Shown: positions 36,776 through 51,234, numbered from the stretch's first letter. The stretch is DNA of 64,000 nucleotides from Oculina patagonica (GCF_052425735.1 NC_135761.1:20336001-20400000); one strand, 5' to 3'. Notes: generated by a model from the sequence alone, not told the origin. Numbers and translations are program-made.

Positions 36776-39480
36776 TTATGCTTTGCCATAGCACTTAAGT
36801 TTTCCCAGCGTATGGTAACCTTGCTCGTAATCGGATATATCTCCAAACCTGAGCTGTTTAACTGGAAGATGTGTCTTGTTAGTAAGGAGACCGCTGTCTT
36901 CACGCCATACCTTGTCATTTTTATCACAGTTACAACTTTGACTGGGGTTTGCACATGAGTTGGTCATGCCGCATGCGCACTTTCCACTGCCAGGTGATGC
37001 CCCGCCCCAGTAATTCATCTTAGTAGAATCACGTGACACCCACCAGGAAAATCCGCTTCTGAAAATCATTGCCTCGTAGCACTCGTACTTGATAAACTGT
37101 TCACAGTGTGAGGAGACTCTGGTAAGACTCGCTAGCTGGGACAGACTCGCTCCTGTATAATGAATGTCACGTGAATAACAACCAGAAACTTCGCATCCAT
37201 GCACGTGTGTTCTGCTTTCACTGTCGTGACTTATCACCGTCACGCCAACTCCATTCTTGTCACTCATGTCACAGTAAACTGTAAATGGTGCCAGGCCTCC
37301 TGTGCGATCCGGATCAATGACGTAATTTCCGCTTACACTGGTGACGTATTTTCTTATCACAGAACAAGAAGTCGCTACTGGGGAATTGATTTTGACTTTG
37401 GCTTCTATTGTTGACAGAGCATTAGTCGCTTTACAGGTGTAAGATCCTTCGTGTGATTTCTTGATGTTCTGAATCAGCAGTGTTCCGTTCTGTAGAACAC
37501 TGGACTCTACAGGAAGTGAAGACTTGCCATCCTTTTTCCAAGTTATTGAAGCTCTCGGGTCACTCTCGACGACACACAACAGATGAAGACTTAAGCCAAT
37601 CACAGGAGTTACCTCTTGAGGAGGACGGACTTTGAAACGCAGAGGCAAAAATATCATGACTACAGCAGCGTTAGTTGCTGATCCCAGAATATTCTTTGCT
37701 TTACAAATGTATAGTCCAGCGTCCTTTCTTGTCACACTGTTGATTGTCAGGGTTCCATTCACCACATCAGTTCTGTCCTTAGGCAAACTACCTACTGCTC
37801 TGGACCACGTGATACTAGGAAGCGGCTGACCAGTAGCACTGCAGGCGATGCGGACGTTTCGTTCCTCCTCAGCAATCAATCGGTTGGATGACAATGATAG
37901 TTTAGGAGCAACTATCGAAAAAAGAGAAAAATATATTAGGGGTCAAACAATGGCGAATGCAATGTACCATATGAATTTTTTTCCACTTTTTCCTTAATAT
38001 TCAAATTAATAGATCTTTTTACGCTGGTTAAATTATAGCCTGTCATGTGCAGGTTCGTTCCGATTTAAAATTTCATGGGATGAAGCAACCCCTGATGAGA
38101 AAAGTTTCTCTCTTAAATACGACTTCATAGTTTGGATGAAAGTGCTTCTGAAGTTGCGTTATCTTTTCATATTTCGCATCAGCTAAAACAACGACTTTTT
38201 ACCCCAAAAGACCTATCTTTACACTGCAAAGGGCTTCTTTTCCAGCATCATCCACAACTTCTCGCCAATAAATATCTAAATTATGTGAAAACTTACACTG
38301 GACAGTTAATTTCGCCGAGGCGTTCACTTGTCCCAGCAAATTTTCAGCTTTGCAGCTGTAATCTCCTTCGTCTCCAGGTCTAACGTCCTTCACAATCAGA
38401 GCACCACTGGACTCTACCACGTGACGACCTACAGGTAGCCGTGAATTGTCCCTTGACCAAGTAACTTTTGGTGTTGGATTACCATCCGTTGTACATTTTA
38501 AGATGACTGTCTGACTTTCATTGACTGTCATTCCAAATGGGCGCTGCAGCAGAGATGGAGCCGAGATGGACTGGCCCGGCTCCCCCTTGTTACCTTTCAT
38601 ACCCGTCGGGCCTCTAGGTCCCACGGGACCGGGATCGCCAGGCACTCCGACATCCCCCTTTATGCCCATCGTTCCTTGAGCTCCTATTGGCCCATGTTTA
38701 CCGGGAGGTCCGTTTGACCCAGGTCTCCCTGGGGTGCCTGGTCTTCCTCGGGTTCCCGGTTTTCCTCGTCGTCCCGCGTTACCTTTTGGTCCTGTGCGGC
38801 AGAGCGTGTGATCTTTAGCGCAGACTTGGTTTTGCAACAGACCAAGTTCTTGTTTTATCAGTACTTGTACTTCAGAGGCGGTAAGGGTTGATTTATGTTG
38901 TGAATCATCGGGCGAAGAGCGTTTCTGTCTTGAGATGGTCTCCTGTTCACCTGTAAAATTAAAGTTATTTGTTTTACATCGTACACTGTGAACCATTCTT
39001 TGACATTCTGCAGTTGGTATGAAGCAACATATTTACTTCCGTTTTATTTGTTAATGTGAATTACTGATTTTAATCATAGCTCTTCTCTGGGAGAAAAAGG
39101 GCATATCCTTGTACTCTTTTTAGTTATTGTATCTATTTGTGTTAGGTAAACCATTCCAATAAAAACATGTTCCTGTGTGGAAATCTTGAAAATCTCAGTA
39201 ACCTAACTATTAACATACCTTTGGAGGCTTGCCAATGGCGGCCTGAAGTCAAAACATGCCGTCTTTCGTAATTCTGTTGTACTTTTCGAAGGATTTCTGT
39301 CTCCATCCTATCACAGAATGTGACTGAGTGTGATATCAGTCGATGATGTTCTTGTATTCTGAGTTCCACGTGAATTAGCGCGATACAACACACAACAGAC
39401 AACAGCAAGCCTGACGCGGAAAACAAGCGCTGCAGTGTTTGTCTTCTGTTCGTCTGATTCTTTTCTTTGTTTTGTTTCAT
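36776..39480 (-). CDS. Copy 5 of the CniFL-like gene, 683 aa; exons 39219-39480, 38297-38950, 36776-37911
   Basis: Conserved splice sites, open frame, all domains present. Confidence 0.9.
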
Positions 39481-41451
39481 CGTCACTGCAAACTTGCGAT
39501 GTCAAATTGATGCAAACGGCGTTTTCTTTACTCTGAACTGCTAACAGAATAGTTTACTGTGCGTGAAAGGACGATGCAAAACTGATGGTCCGATTTTCAC
39601 TGACGTGTAACACGAATCTTTGTTATCTTTATTACCGATATGAGTGGTAAAAATAGAAAGATGTGTTTGGGCTTGTTGTGAAGATTCAGTATCACAGGAA
39701 GTATATTATGATCTTACTGGTCAAAGTAATTTACCACAACATCTGTCTGCTCTTGGTTGCTCTAGTTTAAGGGGGAGAAATGGCACAGGAGGGGAGGGGA
39801 GGAGAGGGACGTGTTATCGGGAACGACAGTTGAGCAACAACTGGTTACTGTCGAATCTGGAAGAACTTATTACATTTAGTAAATTACCTTCGTTTATTGA
39901 TCACTTTGAATGGCCGACAATGCAAATTGCCAAGTTTACTCTTGATGACATTCCTATGTTCCTCGGCAAGCTCTTTAAGAATCTTTCTTCTTAGTTATAT
40001 CTTCTTTTATTGGTTTCTTCGTTCAAAGCGTCTCAGCGTTCGGCGAAAGAGAAAAGCAAGGTACATTATCACTTTAAGGTACTGCTCAGTAGCTTTTTTT
40101 TAATGTTCACACACTAGCTAGAATTTAATCCAGTGACCTAAAAGTTGAAACCATCATGTATCCGGCGGGGGGCAACTGGGTTTTTTAGTTTATTTTTCTT
40201 CTTTTTTTCTATAGTTTTCTTAGTTTTCTAGTTTTCCTGGCGGGGGCAACTGCCCTCTCGATCCCCCCCCCCCCCCCCCGCCCATACGCATACTACTCAT
40301 ACAGGGTTGTTCAACACGTTGAAACTACTGATCAATCGCTTTCATTTGGATGGTCACACACTAGGGTTTTTTCATATGCAGAAAGTTAGGGCCATTGTAC
40401 AGCGCAATAAAGAGCACGACACGAAAACAAACTGTTAAATAGCTTGTTTTTGAATGGTTACACATGCACGTTAGGGTTTTATCAACAGACGTTCAAGGTA
40501 GTACATATTAGCACAGTTTACCCAGGGTTATTTTCTGAGAGTGGAAGAGGTAAACAAATCCTCTTCAATCTAAATATCGTATCAAAACTTTCATCACAAC
40601 AGCTTTTATCATTTACTACGACTGCATTTCAATCTTTGTAGGTAAAATCATTGTTCTTAATCAAAAAGAAATTAATCACGCGAATCAAAGAGGTTTACTG
40701 CCTCTGAGTACTTTACGCCATTGAGAGAGCCTTCTATGTGACATGCTCTAAATGTAGATTTGTATTATGTGAACAAAGCACCATGGAGCACCATGAAGCT
40801 AGGCCCAGACTGAGGCCCAGATTGAACGACATGTGTCGTACCTTCAGGCTTGCCTCTAACAGAATGCTGGGTACCACCGCCCCTGGGGACCACCGCCCTA
40901 TGTTGCTGTAATTCGTAGAGCAAGTGGATTCGAACCCAGTTACAGGCACGTGCTTAGCTTCCTTGGAATTTTTGATCGAGCGCGAACAATACACATTGTC
41001 GAAAAGCAAGGTCTATGTATTCGCCTCAATACTTAAATGAAGTTTTTGTGCACTAAGGTTGAAATAGTGCACGAGCGGCTTTACTGGGAGCAATAAAAAT
41101 AAAATTCAAAAAAAAGAAACTTTTTTTACTTTATTTTCTTCATTTGCAATTGTACGCAATACAAGAAGATGTAACTTCACATTGTCACTAAGTGGCACAG
41201 AGTAACTACCTTTTTGTTGCTGTTATACTTTGAAGATAATAGGATTTAAACAAACAGTTCAATGATTCTTATATTATTATCGCTACCTTTATGCTTCTAG
41301 GAACCGTTTTTGCGGGCTATGTGTTCCTATTTTTATTATGCATTTTCTGATTATAACAAGGCTACGTTTAAAGGTGTAACAAAGAAATGATGACCATTGT
41401 TTTTAATTTTCCGATTATTACTTTTTCTGACAGTTTATTCTTTTCATTTTG

Positions 41452-41492
41452 GAACTTGAAAATGGTGTCATGACGACTCCGAAACGTCGTTC
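41452..41492 (+). ncRNA. Second copy of the degenerate minimal hammerhead-like motif
   Basis: Identical to 16180-16220, within a duplicated spacer. Confidence 0.45.
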
Positions 41493-41657
41493 GATTTTAT
41501 CGTTTATTTTCACTTGCCTTGTATGTCTAAACCTGTGCTTATAAGGATGATTAGAAAGCTACACTTAAAGTTGTAACAGAAAGTGATGGAGACCATTGCG
41601 AATATTACCATAACTGTTGTTGCTTTCTTTGAGAGTACTGTAACTGTTTTTAAATGT

Positions 41658-44364
41658 CTATGCTATGCCATAGCACTTTAGTTTTCCCAGCGTGTGGTAA
41701 CCTTGCTCGTCATTTTCACCTATATCTCCAAACCTGAGCTGTTTAACTGGAAGATGTGTCTTGTCAGAGAGGAGACCGCTGTCTTCACGCCATACATCGT
41801 CATTGTTATCACAGTTACAATTACGACCATTTACACATGAGTTGGTCATCCCGCATGCGCACTTACCACTTCCAGGTGATGCTCCGCCCCAGTATTTCAT
41901 CTTAGTAGAGTCACGTGACACCCACCAGGCATGGTCAGGTTCGTACCTGAATATCGCTGATGCATAGCACTCGTACTTGATAAACTGTTCACAGTGTGAG
42001 GAGACTCTGGTAAGACTCGTTAGCTGGGACAAACTTGTTCCTGTGTAATGAATATCACGTGAATAACAACCAGAATCTTCGCATCCATGCACGTGCATTC
42101 TGCTCTCACTGTCGTGACTTATCACTGTCACGCCAACTCCGTTCTTGTCACTCATATCACAGTAAACTGTAAATGGTGCCAAGCCTCCTTCGCCATCCGG
42201 ATCAATGACGTAATTTCCACTTACAGTGCTGACGTGTTTTCTGATCACAGAACACGAAGGCGCAACCACTTTGACTTTGACTTTGGCTTCTATTGTTGAC
42301 AGAGCATTGGTTGCTTTGCAGGTGTAAGATCCTTCAAGTGATTTCTTGATGTTATGAATCAGCAATGTTTGATTTTGTAGAACATTGGACTCTACAGGAA
42401 GTGAAGACTTACCATCCTTTGTCCAAGTGATTGTAGTTCTCAGGTCACTCTCGGCCACACATGGCAGGTGAACACTAAGTCCAATCAAAGGAGTCACCTC
42501 TTGAGGAGGACGGACTTTGAACCGCAGAGGTGGAAATACCACGACTAGAGCAGTGTCTGTTGCTAATCCAAGAATATTCTCCGCTTTACAAATATATAGT
42601 CCACCGTCCTTTCTTGTCACACTGTTGATTGTCAGAGTTCCATTCACCACATCAGTTCTGTCCTTAGGCAAACTACCCCCTGCTCTAGACCACGTGATAC
42701 TGGGAAGCGGCTGACCAGTAGCACTGCAGGCAATGCGGACGTTCTGTTTCTCCTCAGCAATCAATCGGTTGGATGACAATAATAGTTTGGGAGCGACTAT
42801 CGAGAAAAAAAGGAGAAATATATATTTTCATGGGGTGAAACAATGGCGAATGCACCTTACTGGATGAATTTTTATGCAATATTTCCTTTATATACAATTT
42901 ATAAATCTTTTTATGCTTGTTAAATTATAGCCGGTCATGTGCAGGTTCTTTCAGATTTAAATTTTATGGGATGAAGCAACACCTGATAAGAAAGATTTTT
43001 CTCTTAAATACGATTTCATAGTTTGGATGAAAGTACTTCTGAAGTTGCGTTATCTTTTCATATTTCGTATCAGCTAAAACAACGACTTTTACACCAAAAA
43101 GACCTATCTTTACACTACAAAGAGCTTCTTTTCCAGCATCATCCACAACTTCTCGCCAATAAATATCTAAATTATGTGAAAACTTACACTGGACAGTTAA
43201 TTTCGCCGAGGCGTTCACTTGTCCCAGCAAATTTTCAGCTTTGCAGCTGTAATCTCCTTCGTCTCCAGGTCTAACGTTCTTCACAATCAGAGCACCACTG
43301 GACTCTACCACGTGACGACCTACAGGTAGCCGTGAGTTGTACCTTGACCAAGTAACTTTTGGTGTTGGATTACCATCCGGTGTACATTTTAAGATGACTG
43401 TCTGGCTTTCATTGACTGTCATTCCAACTGGGCGCTGCAACAGAGATGGAGCCGAGATGGACTGTCCTGGCTCCCCCTTGTTACCTTTCATACCCGGCGG
43501 GCCTCTAGGTCCCACGGGACCTGGATCGCCAGGCACTCCGAAATCCCCCTTTATGCCCATCGGTCCTTGAGCTCCTATTGGTCCATGTTTACCGGGAGGT
43601 CCGTTTGACCCTGGTCTCCCTGGGGGACCTGGTCTCCCTCGGGTTCCCGGTTTTCCTCGTCGTCCCGTGTTACCTTTTGGTCCTGTGCGGCAGAGCGTGT
43701 GATCTTTGGCACAAACTTGGTTTTGCAACAGACCAAGTTCTTGTTTTATCAGTACTTGTACTTCAGAGGCGGTAAGGGTTGATTTATGTTGTGAATCATC
43801 GGGCGAAGAGCGTTTCTGTCTTGAGATGGTCTCCTGTTCACCTGTAAATTTTAAATAATTTGTTTTACATCGTACACTGTCTGTGAACCATTCTTTGACA
43901 TTCAGCGGTTGAAATGATGCAACCTATTTCCGCTTTTATTTGTCAATAAATGGACTAAAATCATAGCTCTTTTCTGTGAGAATAGGGCATAATACTCTTT
44001 TTAATTATTGTATCTATTCGTGTGAGGAAAACCATTCCGCTAAAAACATGTTCCTGTGTGAAAATCTTAAAAATCTCAGTAACGTAACTATTAACATACC
44101 TTTCGTCGCTTGCCAATGGCGGCCTGTAACCATAGCATGCCATCTTTTGTAATTTTGTTGTACTTTTCGAAGGATTCCGGGCTCCATCTTATCACAGAAT
44201 GTTACTGAGTGTGATATCAGTCGATGATGTTCTTGTATTCTGAGTTCCACGTGAATAAGCGCGATACAACACACAACAGACATCAGCAAACCTGACGCGG
44301 AACACAAGCGGTGCAGTGTTTGCCTTCTGTTCATCTGCTTCGTTTCTTTATCTTGGTGTTTCAT
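41658..44364 (-). CDS. Copy 6 of the CniFL-like gene, 685 aa; exons 44100-44364, 43188-43841, 41658-42796
   Basis: Conserved splice sites. The exon 3 product differs from copy 3 at only 4 residues. Confidence 0.9.
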
Positions 44365-45339
44365 CGTCGCAACTGTCACTGCGATCTTGCGATGTCAAAT
44401 TGATGTAAGTTGCGTTTTGTTCACTCTTTGAGTTGCTTACAGATAAGTCCGCTGTGAGTTTAATCGATCAGTGAAAGGACGATGTCAAATTGATGATCCG
44501 ATTTTCACTGAAACTCGCAAATGTAACATTAAACTTAATGTTAACCGATACGGTGTAAAAATAGAAGCATTTGTCTGTGCTCGTTATGACGATTCAGTAT
44601 CACAGGAAGTAGGTTAACTTCTTACTGAGGTTACATTTATTTACCACACACATTGACCACAGCGTCTGAGCTGAAGCTGGTTGGTGCACGTGTTTAGGGA
44701 GGGGAGGGTAAATATTGTCGGTTGGAAAGTTATAAGTTTAGAAGATTTCATATGCAACAATTGTAGAAAGCTACATGGTTACTTCAGTAATTGATCATTG
44801 CGGGCTGAATATTTGATAAAATAACTTATTTGAAACTTTGTGGCCCATCCTTCGTCTTGTGCTGAGCAATATTCTTCTGACAATTCAAATGAACTTTCAT
44901 CTCCCATATATACCTTTTGACAGTATTATTTAAGGATCTCAAAGCGCAAGCGTGGTTGTGGACAGAAAAATCCGATGTCCCCATGTACGAAAAAAAAAAT
45001 TCGAACAGGATTCCCTCTAATTCGTCGGTTTAAAAGATCGAGTGACTTGAAATTGATGTATGCATGTCCGTCGAAACAGTATGCTTGAAAGTGGATTTGA
45101 ACCTATTTTCAGCCGCGCACTTAGATTTCTTGTGATTCTAGATCAAGCACGTATTCTGACCCACTTAAAGCAAAAACAGGGTCTATGTGTTCTCCTCACG
45201 TAAATGAATTTTCAGCGTGCTAATACGTCTTACCAGTGCCACACAAGAAATTAAAACGGTACAAGCCAATATAAAGGGTAAAATGCATTGGACTAGCGGG
45301 ACTTCGAACGCGATGTTCGACGAGTTAGCTTCACCGAAA

Positions 45340-45386
45340 GGTCTCTGATAAGTCTCTTGGCGGAGACGAAACATGCGTGTCAGACC
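45340..45386 (+). ncRNA. Type I hammerhead ribozyme, copy with G8>A core mutation
   Basis: GGUCU-CUGAUAA-GUCUC(UUGGCG)GAGAC-GAA-ACAUGCGUGU-C-AGACC. Confidence 0.7.
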
Positions 45387-45522
45387 AGCCACGAAAGTAT
45401 TCATTAACAATTTACACGTTACGCAATTGGGAATGCTTACGCGATGTAAGGCCAGATTGCACCATCATTTCGACGCTAGCGGGACTTCGAACGCGATGTT
45501 CAACGAGTTAGCTTCACCGAAA

Positions 45523-45569
45523 GGTCTCTGATGAGTCTCTTGGCGGAGACGAAACATGCGTGTCAGACC
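45523..45569 (+). ncRNA. Type I hammerhead ribozyme, intact core, predicted cleavage after GUC at C45564
   Basis: Stem I GGUCU/AGACC, CUGAUGA, stem II GUCUC/GAGAC, GAAA, near-palindromic stem III ACAUGCGUGU, and a GUC site. Confidence 0.88.
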
Positions 45570-46747
45570 AGCCACGAAAGTACTCTAAATATACTTGGTA
45601 AAACACCAAAAATGCAGGATTGTGATTGTATAAAGTGTGTTTGTGGCGGCCATGTTGGAGAAGTGACACAATAAAAGATATTTGCATAAAAATGAATTTT
45701 TTTCCCAAAGGAAAATCTATCTATTGTTTCACTCCTCCAATATGGCCGTCATGAACGTACTCTATACACCAGTTTTTTCGAAGGTGTCACTTCACATTGC
45801 AATTAGTTTTTACTTCATAGGCACTTTAACAAGGTAACTCCATCAGCTTTACAATTAAAACTATTATCGATAGATTCCCTGATAAAAAAACAAAGAAATA
45901 AAAAAATAAAAATAATAATAAAAATGCCGTTTCGTAAGTGAGCCTCATTGTAGTGAGGTTGCCATGGCAGATCGTGTCCGTTGATGTATTTTGTTTAGCT
46001 CACCAATCCACCCATGCCCAACCATGCGCAAAAGAGTACAAAAGCGTACTTCACATAACACCGTACTGCTATTAAATTAAACTGAAACTGTAGAAGAAAA
46101 AGCGCCCCATATGTATTTTAGTTCTTTATTTCGTAATGCTTATTTTCTGCGATTACATAATCTCGAAAAAAGGACTTTAATTTCGTGTTTTTGTAGAAAT
46201 ATAATGCTAAAGGGAAGTAAGTTCACGAAAAGGTTCCAACTAATTGCTGATCGGTATAAAAAAGATAGTTTCAGACATGGCGCTACAGATTCCAGTTTTA
46301 CAAAGCAATTCTTTACCAAGCGATATTGAGCAAAACGATAACAAGACAAAACTAAAACAGGTTGGCATGTTCGTTTCCAACAAAGCATAAAGTTGTACTG
46401 ACGAGGTTAACGTTTATTAAGATATGCCTTTCCTCTGCTTCATGATAAAACAATAACTGAGGTACACTGTGATTGTTTACGAAGCTGTTATAAATTGCAC
46501 ATTTTTTTACTATGTGGCACAGAGTTTCTACCTTTTTCGCTCTAATTATCAGGCACCATTATTATCCCCGCTTGCTTCCATGCTTTTATGAACTATGTTT
46601 ATTATTGTCTTGCTTTGCTTATCATTATCTTCAGGTAATTGCAAAGTCACATTTACATTTCAAACAAAACTGATTGTGATCATTGCAAATACTAAGTTTG
46701 GTGGTGATGTCAGCTATTTTGAGAGTATCAAAAGGATACTCGAATGT

Positions 46748-49700
46748 TTATGCTATGCCATAGCATTTAAGTTTTCCCAGGGTATGGTAACCTTGCTCGC
46801 CACTATCCCCTGTATCGCCAAACCTGAGCTGTTTAACTGGAAGATGTGTCTTGTCAGTGAGCAGACCGCTGTCCTCACGCCATACACCGTCATTTGCATC
46901 ACAGTTACAAGCCGGATAACTGGGGTTTGCACATGAGTTGGTCATCCCGCATGCGCACTTACCACTGCCAGGTGATGCTCCGCCCCAGTAATTCATCTTA
47001 GTAGAATCACGTGACACCCACCAGGCATATTGTAACGTTGAATCAAAGCACTCGTACTTAATAAACTGTTCACAGTGTGAGGAGACTCCGGTGAGACTTG
47101 CCAACTGAGACAGGCTTGCTCCTGTGTAGTGAATGTCACGTGAGTAACAACCTTGAGATTCACATCCCCGCACGTGTGTTCTGCTCTCACTGTCGTGACT
47201 TATTACTGTCACGCCAACTCCACTCTTGTCATTCATGTCACAGTAAACTGAAAATGGTGCTAGGCCTCCTGCGCCATCTGGATCAATGACGCAAGTTTCG
47301 CTTACACTGGTGGTGTATTTTCTGATCACAGAACAAGAAGTCGCAATAACTGGAGAATTGATTTTGACTTTGGCTTCTATTGTTGACAGAGCATTAGTTG
47401 CTTTACAGGTGTAAGATCCCTCGTGTGATTTCTTGATGTTCTGAATAAGCACCGTTCCATTCTGTAGAACTTTGGACTCTACAGGAAGTGAAGTCTTGCC
47501 ATCCTTTGACCAAATTACTGTGGGTCTCAGGTCGCTCTCGGCCACACACGGTAAGCGAATTGCATGTCCAAACACAGGAGTCACCTCTTGAGGAGGACGG
47601 ACTTTAAAATGCAGACGAGAAAATATTACCAGTTGAGCAGTGTCTGTTACTGATCCCAGAATATTCTCTGCTTTACAAATGTATAGTCCACCATCCTTTC
47701 TTGCCACACTGTTGATTGTCAGGGTTCCATTCATCACTTCTGATCTGTCTTCATTTTTACCCCCTGCTCTGGACCACGTGATCCTGGGAAGCGGCTGACC
47801 AGCAGCAGTGCAGGCGATGGTAACGTTTTGTTTTTCTTCGGCAATCACTCGATTGGATGATAATAGAAGTGTAGGAGCGACTGTTGAGAAAAAAAAAAAT
47901 AATTTTATTCTTTGAGAAAACAGCTGGCGAATGCACTTTACTAAATAAGGTTTTATTCTAACACATGCATAGGTTATTAGGAAAGATTTTATAAATGTTA
48001 TTTTCCTTTTAAATTCTATCTCATTAATCTCATTATACTCGTTAAATTGTAGCCTATCTTGAGCAGGTTCGTTTTGATTAAAAAAAAACCCTCTTCCGAA
48101 AAGAAAAATATCTTTCTGTAAAACGACTTAATTAATATTTTGGATTATTTATCAAGTGCTTGTGCAATTTCTTTTTGCGATGTTTCGCACCAGCTCTAAC
48201 AAGACCCTCGACTGACCTTTATAGCAAAACAAAAAACATCTTAACGATACGTACGATAGGTCTGTTTTTCAGCATCAACCACAGTTACTAAATATCTCAA
48301 TTATTACACAACTTACACTGTACAGTTAATTTCGCCGAGGCGTTCACTTGTCCCAGCAAATTTTCAGCTTTGCAGCTGTAAACTCCGTCGTCTCCAGGTC
48401 TAACGTCCTTGACAATCAAAGCGCCACTGGCTTCTACCACGTGACGACCCACAGGAAGTGATGAATTGATTTTCGACCACGTGACTTTTGGAGTTGGATT
48501 ACCATCCGCTGTACATTTTAAGATGCCCGTCTGACTTTCATTGACTGTTGTTCCAACAGGACGCTGCAGCAGAGATGGAGCCGAGATGGACCTGCCCGGT
48601 TCACCCCTGTCGCCTTTTATACCCGGCGGGCCTCTAAGTCCCATGGGACCGGGCTCTCCCGCCACTCCGACATCCCCCTTTATGCCCATCGGTCCTCGAG
48701 GACCTATTGGTCCATGTTTACCGGGAGGTCCGTTTGACCCGGGTCTCCCTGGAGGACCTGGTCTCCCTCTAGGTCCCGGTCTTCCTCGTCTTCCCGTGTT
48801 ACCTTTTGGTCCTGGGCGGCAGAGCGTGTGATCTTTAGCACAGACTTGGTTTTGCAGCAGACCAAATTCGTGTTGAATCAGCAGTCGAACTTCAGAGGCC
48901 GTTAGGGTTGATTTCTTTTGTGAATCATCGGGTGAAGAGCGTTTTTGTCTTGTGATGGTCTCCTCTTTACCTGGAAATTTAAAGCGTTTATAATATGGCT
49001 GAATCCACGTGCAAGAAATATATCTTATTAACCACGCGCGAGGGCCGTACTGGGCGAATATTGGCCCGAGGTCTTGACAGTACGGATCGAGCGCAGCGAG
49101 GTCCGTACAAAAAGACCGAGGGCCAATAAACGCCCAGTACGGTCCCGAGCAAGCTTGGTTAATAAGAGATTTATTACACGACTGGAAACTTTGGGTAGTG
49201 AGAATTGCTACCCGGTAGATGTTGTGGAAAAAAAATGTGCGGCAAAACTTTTTCGCACGCTAAAAGAGTTATAATTATTTCTGTGGTTAGTTCATTTCAT
49301 TTTCAAAGCAATGAAAACTTCGAAAAACTCTTGCAAAAAAATCTAGCAAAAATCTTGTGCTAAATCGCGCGGGAATTAGCGCGGGATCATCCGGGACAAA
49401 ACCCGGTCCGATACTTGGAAAATATCGGCCCTCGCGGGACCGGAAATAAAGTAATCTGATTGGCTGATTTAGTTATTGGCCCTCGGACCGCCTTAGTCGT
49501 GTAATAAGTGCCCGTATTGCCCGTTCGGGATTTCCCGGGTCCGTCCCACCAAAAAATTTTGTTTTTTGGCCATATAATAAATCCTTTATTGACCAAGCTT
49601 GTTGGTCAAGATGGCTTTATGTTGGCCTCGTTCCTTTTTCTGCTTTTATTGACTTCGACTTCGCGTCAGACCATAAAACACAAAAAAGCATTTGGCCAAT

Positions 49701-50264
49701 ATCCAGCCATCTTGACCTCACGCTAGGTCAGTTAGCCATATTTATTTACACATCGTTCACTGTGAATCATTCTTTGACATTAAACGGTTTGTATAAAGCA
49801 ACCTAGCGGTAACGTTTTCCACTTTCATTTAACTGAGTCTCATGCATCGTACCATTAGCCTCTTTGCTTCCTAGCTGTTTAGAGGAGAAGAAAAATCCTC
49901 TAAAGGCACTTTCCTGCGTGGAGCCAGAGAAGGCGCCCCAAAATAACTGACAAATTACACAAGAAATGATACTGTCGTAATATTCATAAACGAAACAAAA
50001 CATACCCTTTGTCGCTTGCCAATGGCGACTAGTATCCATAACTTGCCTCCTTTCGTAATTTTGTTGTACTTTTCGAAGGAGTTTTGTCTCCATCTTATCA
50101 CAGAATGTTACTGAGTGTGATATCAGTCGATGATGTTCTTGTATTCTGAGTTCCACGTGAACTAGCGCGATACAGCACACAACAGACAACAGCAAGCCTG
50201 ACGCTGAACACAAGCGGTGCAGTGTTTCTCTTCTCTGCTTCTTCTCTTTATCTTGTTGTTTCAT
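46748..50264 (-). CDS. Copy 7 of the CniFL-like gene, 681 aa; exons 50006-50264, 48317-48970, 46748-47880
   Basis: Conserved splice sites and open frame. Intact counterpart of pseudogene copy 4. Confidence 0.9.
49016..49507. mobile_element. Hairpin-bearing non-autonomous repeat nested in an older repeat in intron 1 of copy 7
   Basis: cttattaacc...ggttaataag hairpin, ending ctgattggctg...gtaataa. Absent at the equivalent site near 34278 in copy 4. Confidence 0.7.
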
Positions 50265-51234
50265 CGTCACAAATTGAATGGATGTAAACGGCGATTTCTG
50301 TACCGTTTGAGCTGCGTACAGATCAGCGCAGTCACTGAGTTGAATCTTGGTTGAATCGATCGGTCAAAGAACGATATAAAACTGATCGACCGATTTTCAC
50401 TGACGAGTGAATTTAACACGAATCTTAATGTTGACCAATTTGTGGTTAAAATAGAAGGATGTGTTCGTGCTTGTTGTAGTGATTCACGACAGGAAGTATA
50501 TTACTTTCTTACTGAGGTCACGTTCATTTACCACTGTATGTAGGCTAATTCCGGTGGGTGAAGGCGTTTAGGGTGGGCGGGGGGTGGGGTAAGTATTATC
50601 TAGTCGGCTGGGCAGTTGTATGTAACGTCAATGCCAAGTAAATGAGATAAGAAGATTTCTTGTTTCATTGATCATAGCGGGCTGTAGATTTCACAGGTAT
50701 TTACTTATTGGAATAATAACTTTGTAGCCCGTCCTTATCTTTATGCTACGCAATACTTGTCTGGCAATAGTTTACTTGAACTTTCGATCTCTTATACACA
50801 CTTTTTGACAATAAAGGGGGGGGCGTGATTAAGAGCCAGATTTTTTAACAACAACTGAGGGAATTCTCATGCGCTTATTGGTCGAGAGCTATGGTCGATG
50901 AGATCAAGGAAAAGAAACGTTTTTACTTTATTTATTCATTTGCAATTGTACGCACTAAGTGGCACAAGTACCAAGAGACTAGGCTCCCCCCTTAAACAAA
51001 CAGTTCAATGATTCTTATTCTCGCTTCCTTAATGCTTCTAGAAACCGTTTTTGAGGGCAATGGTGTTGCTGTTTTTGTTATGAATTTTCCGTTTTTTACA
51101 AGGCTACGTTTAAAGTTGTAATAAGGAAATGATGACTATTTCAAATATTGAGTTAACCATCACCTTCTTTTGGTAACAAAAATGTCTATGTATTTTTTGC
51201 TTTTATTGTGAGTACTGAAACGATATTTGAATAT

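Larger units (their letters stand above)
45293..45582 (+). mobile_element. Non-LTR retrozyme-like insertion: ~1.6 tandem copies of a 183-bp unit, each with a type I hammerhead
   Basis: Direct repeat with period 183. Absent from the paralogous spacer at about 20200-20240. Confidence 0.8.
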
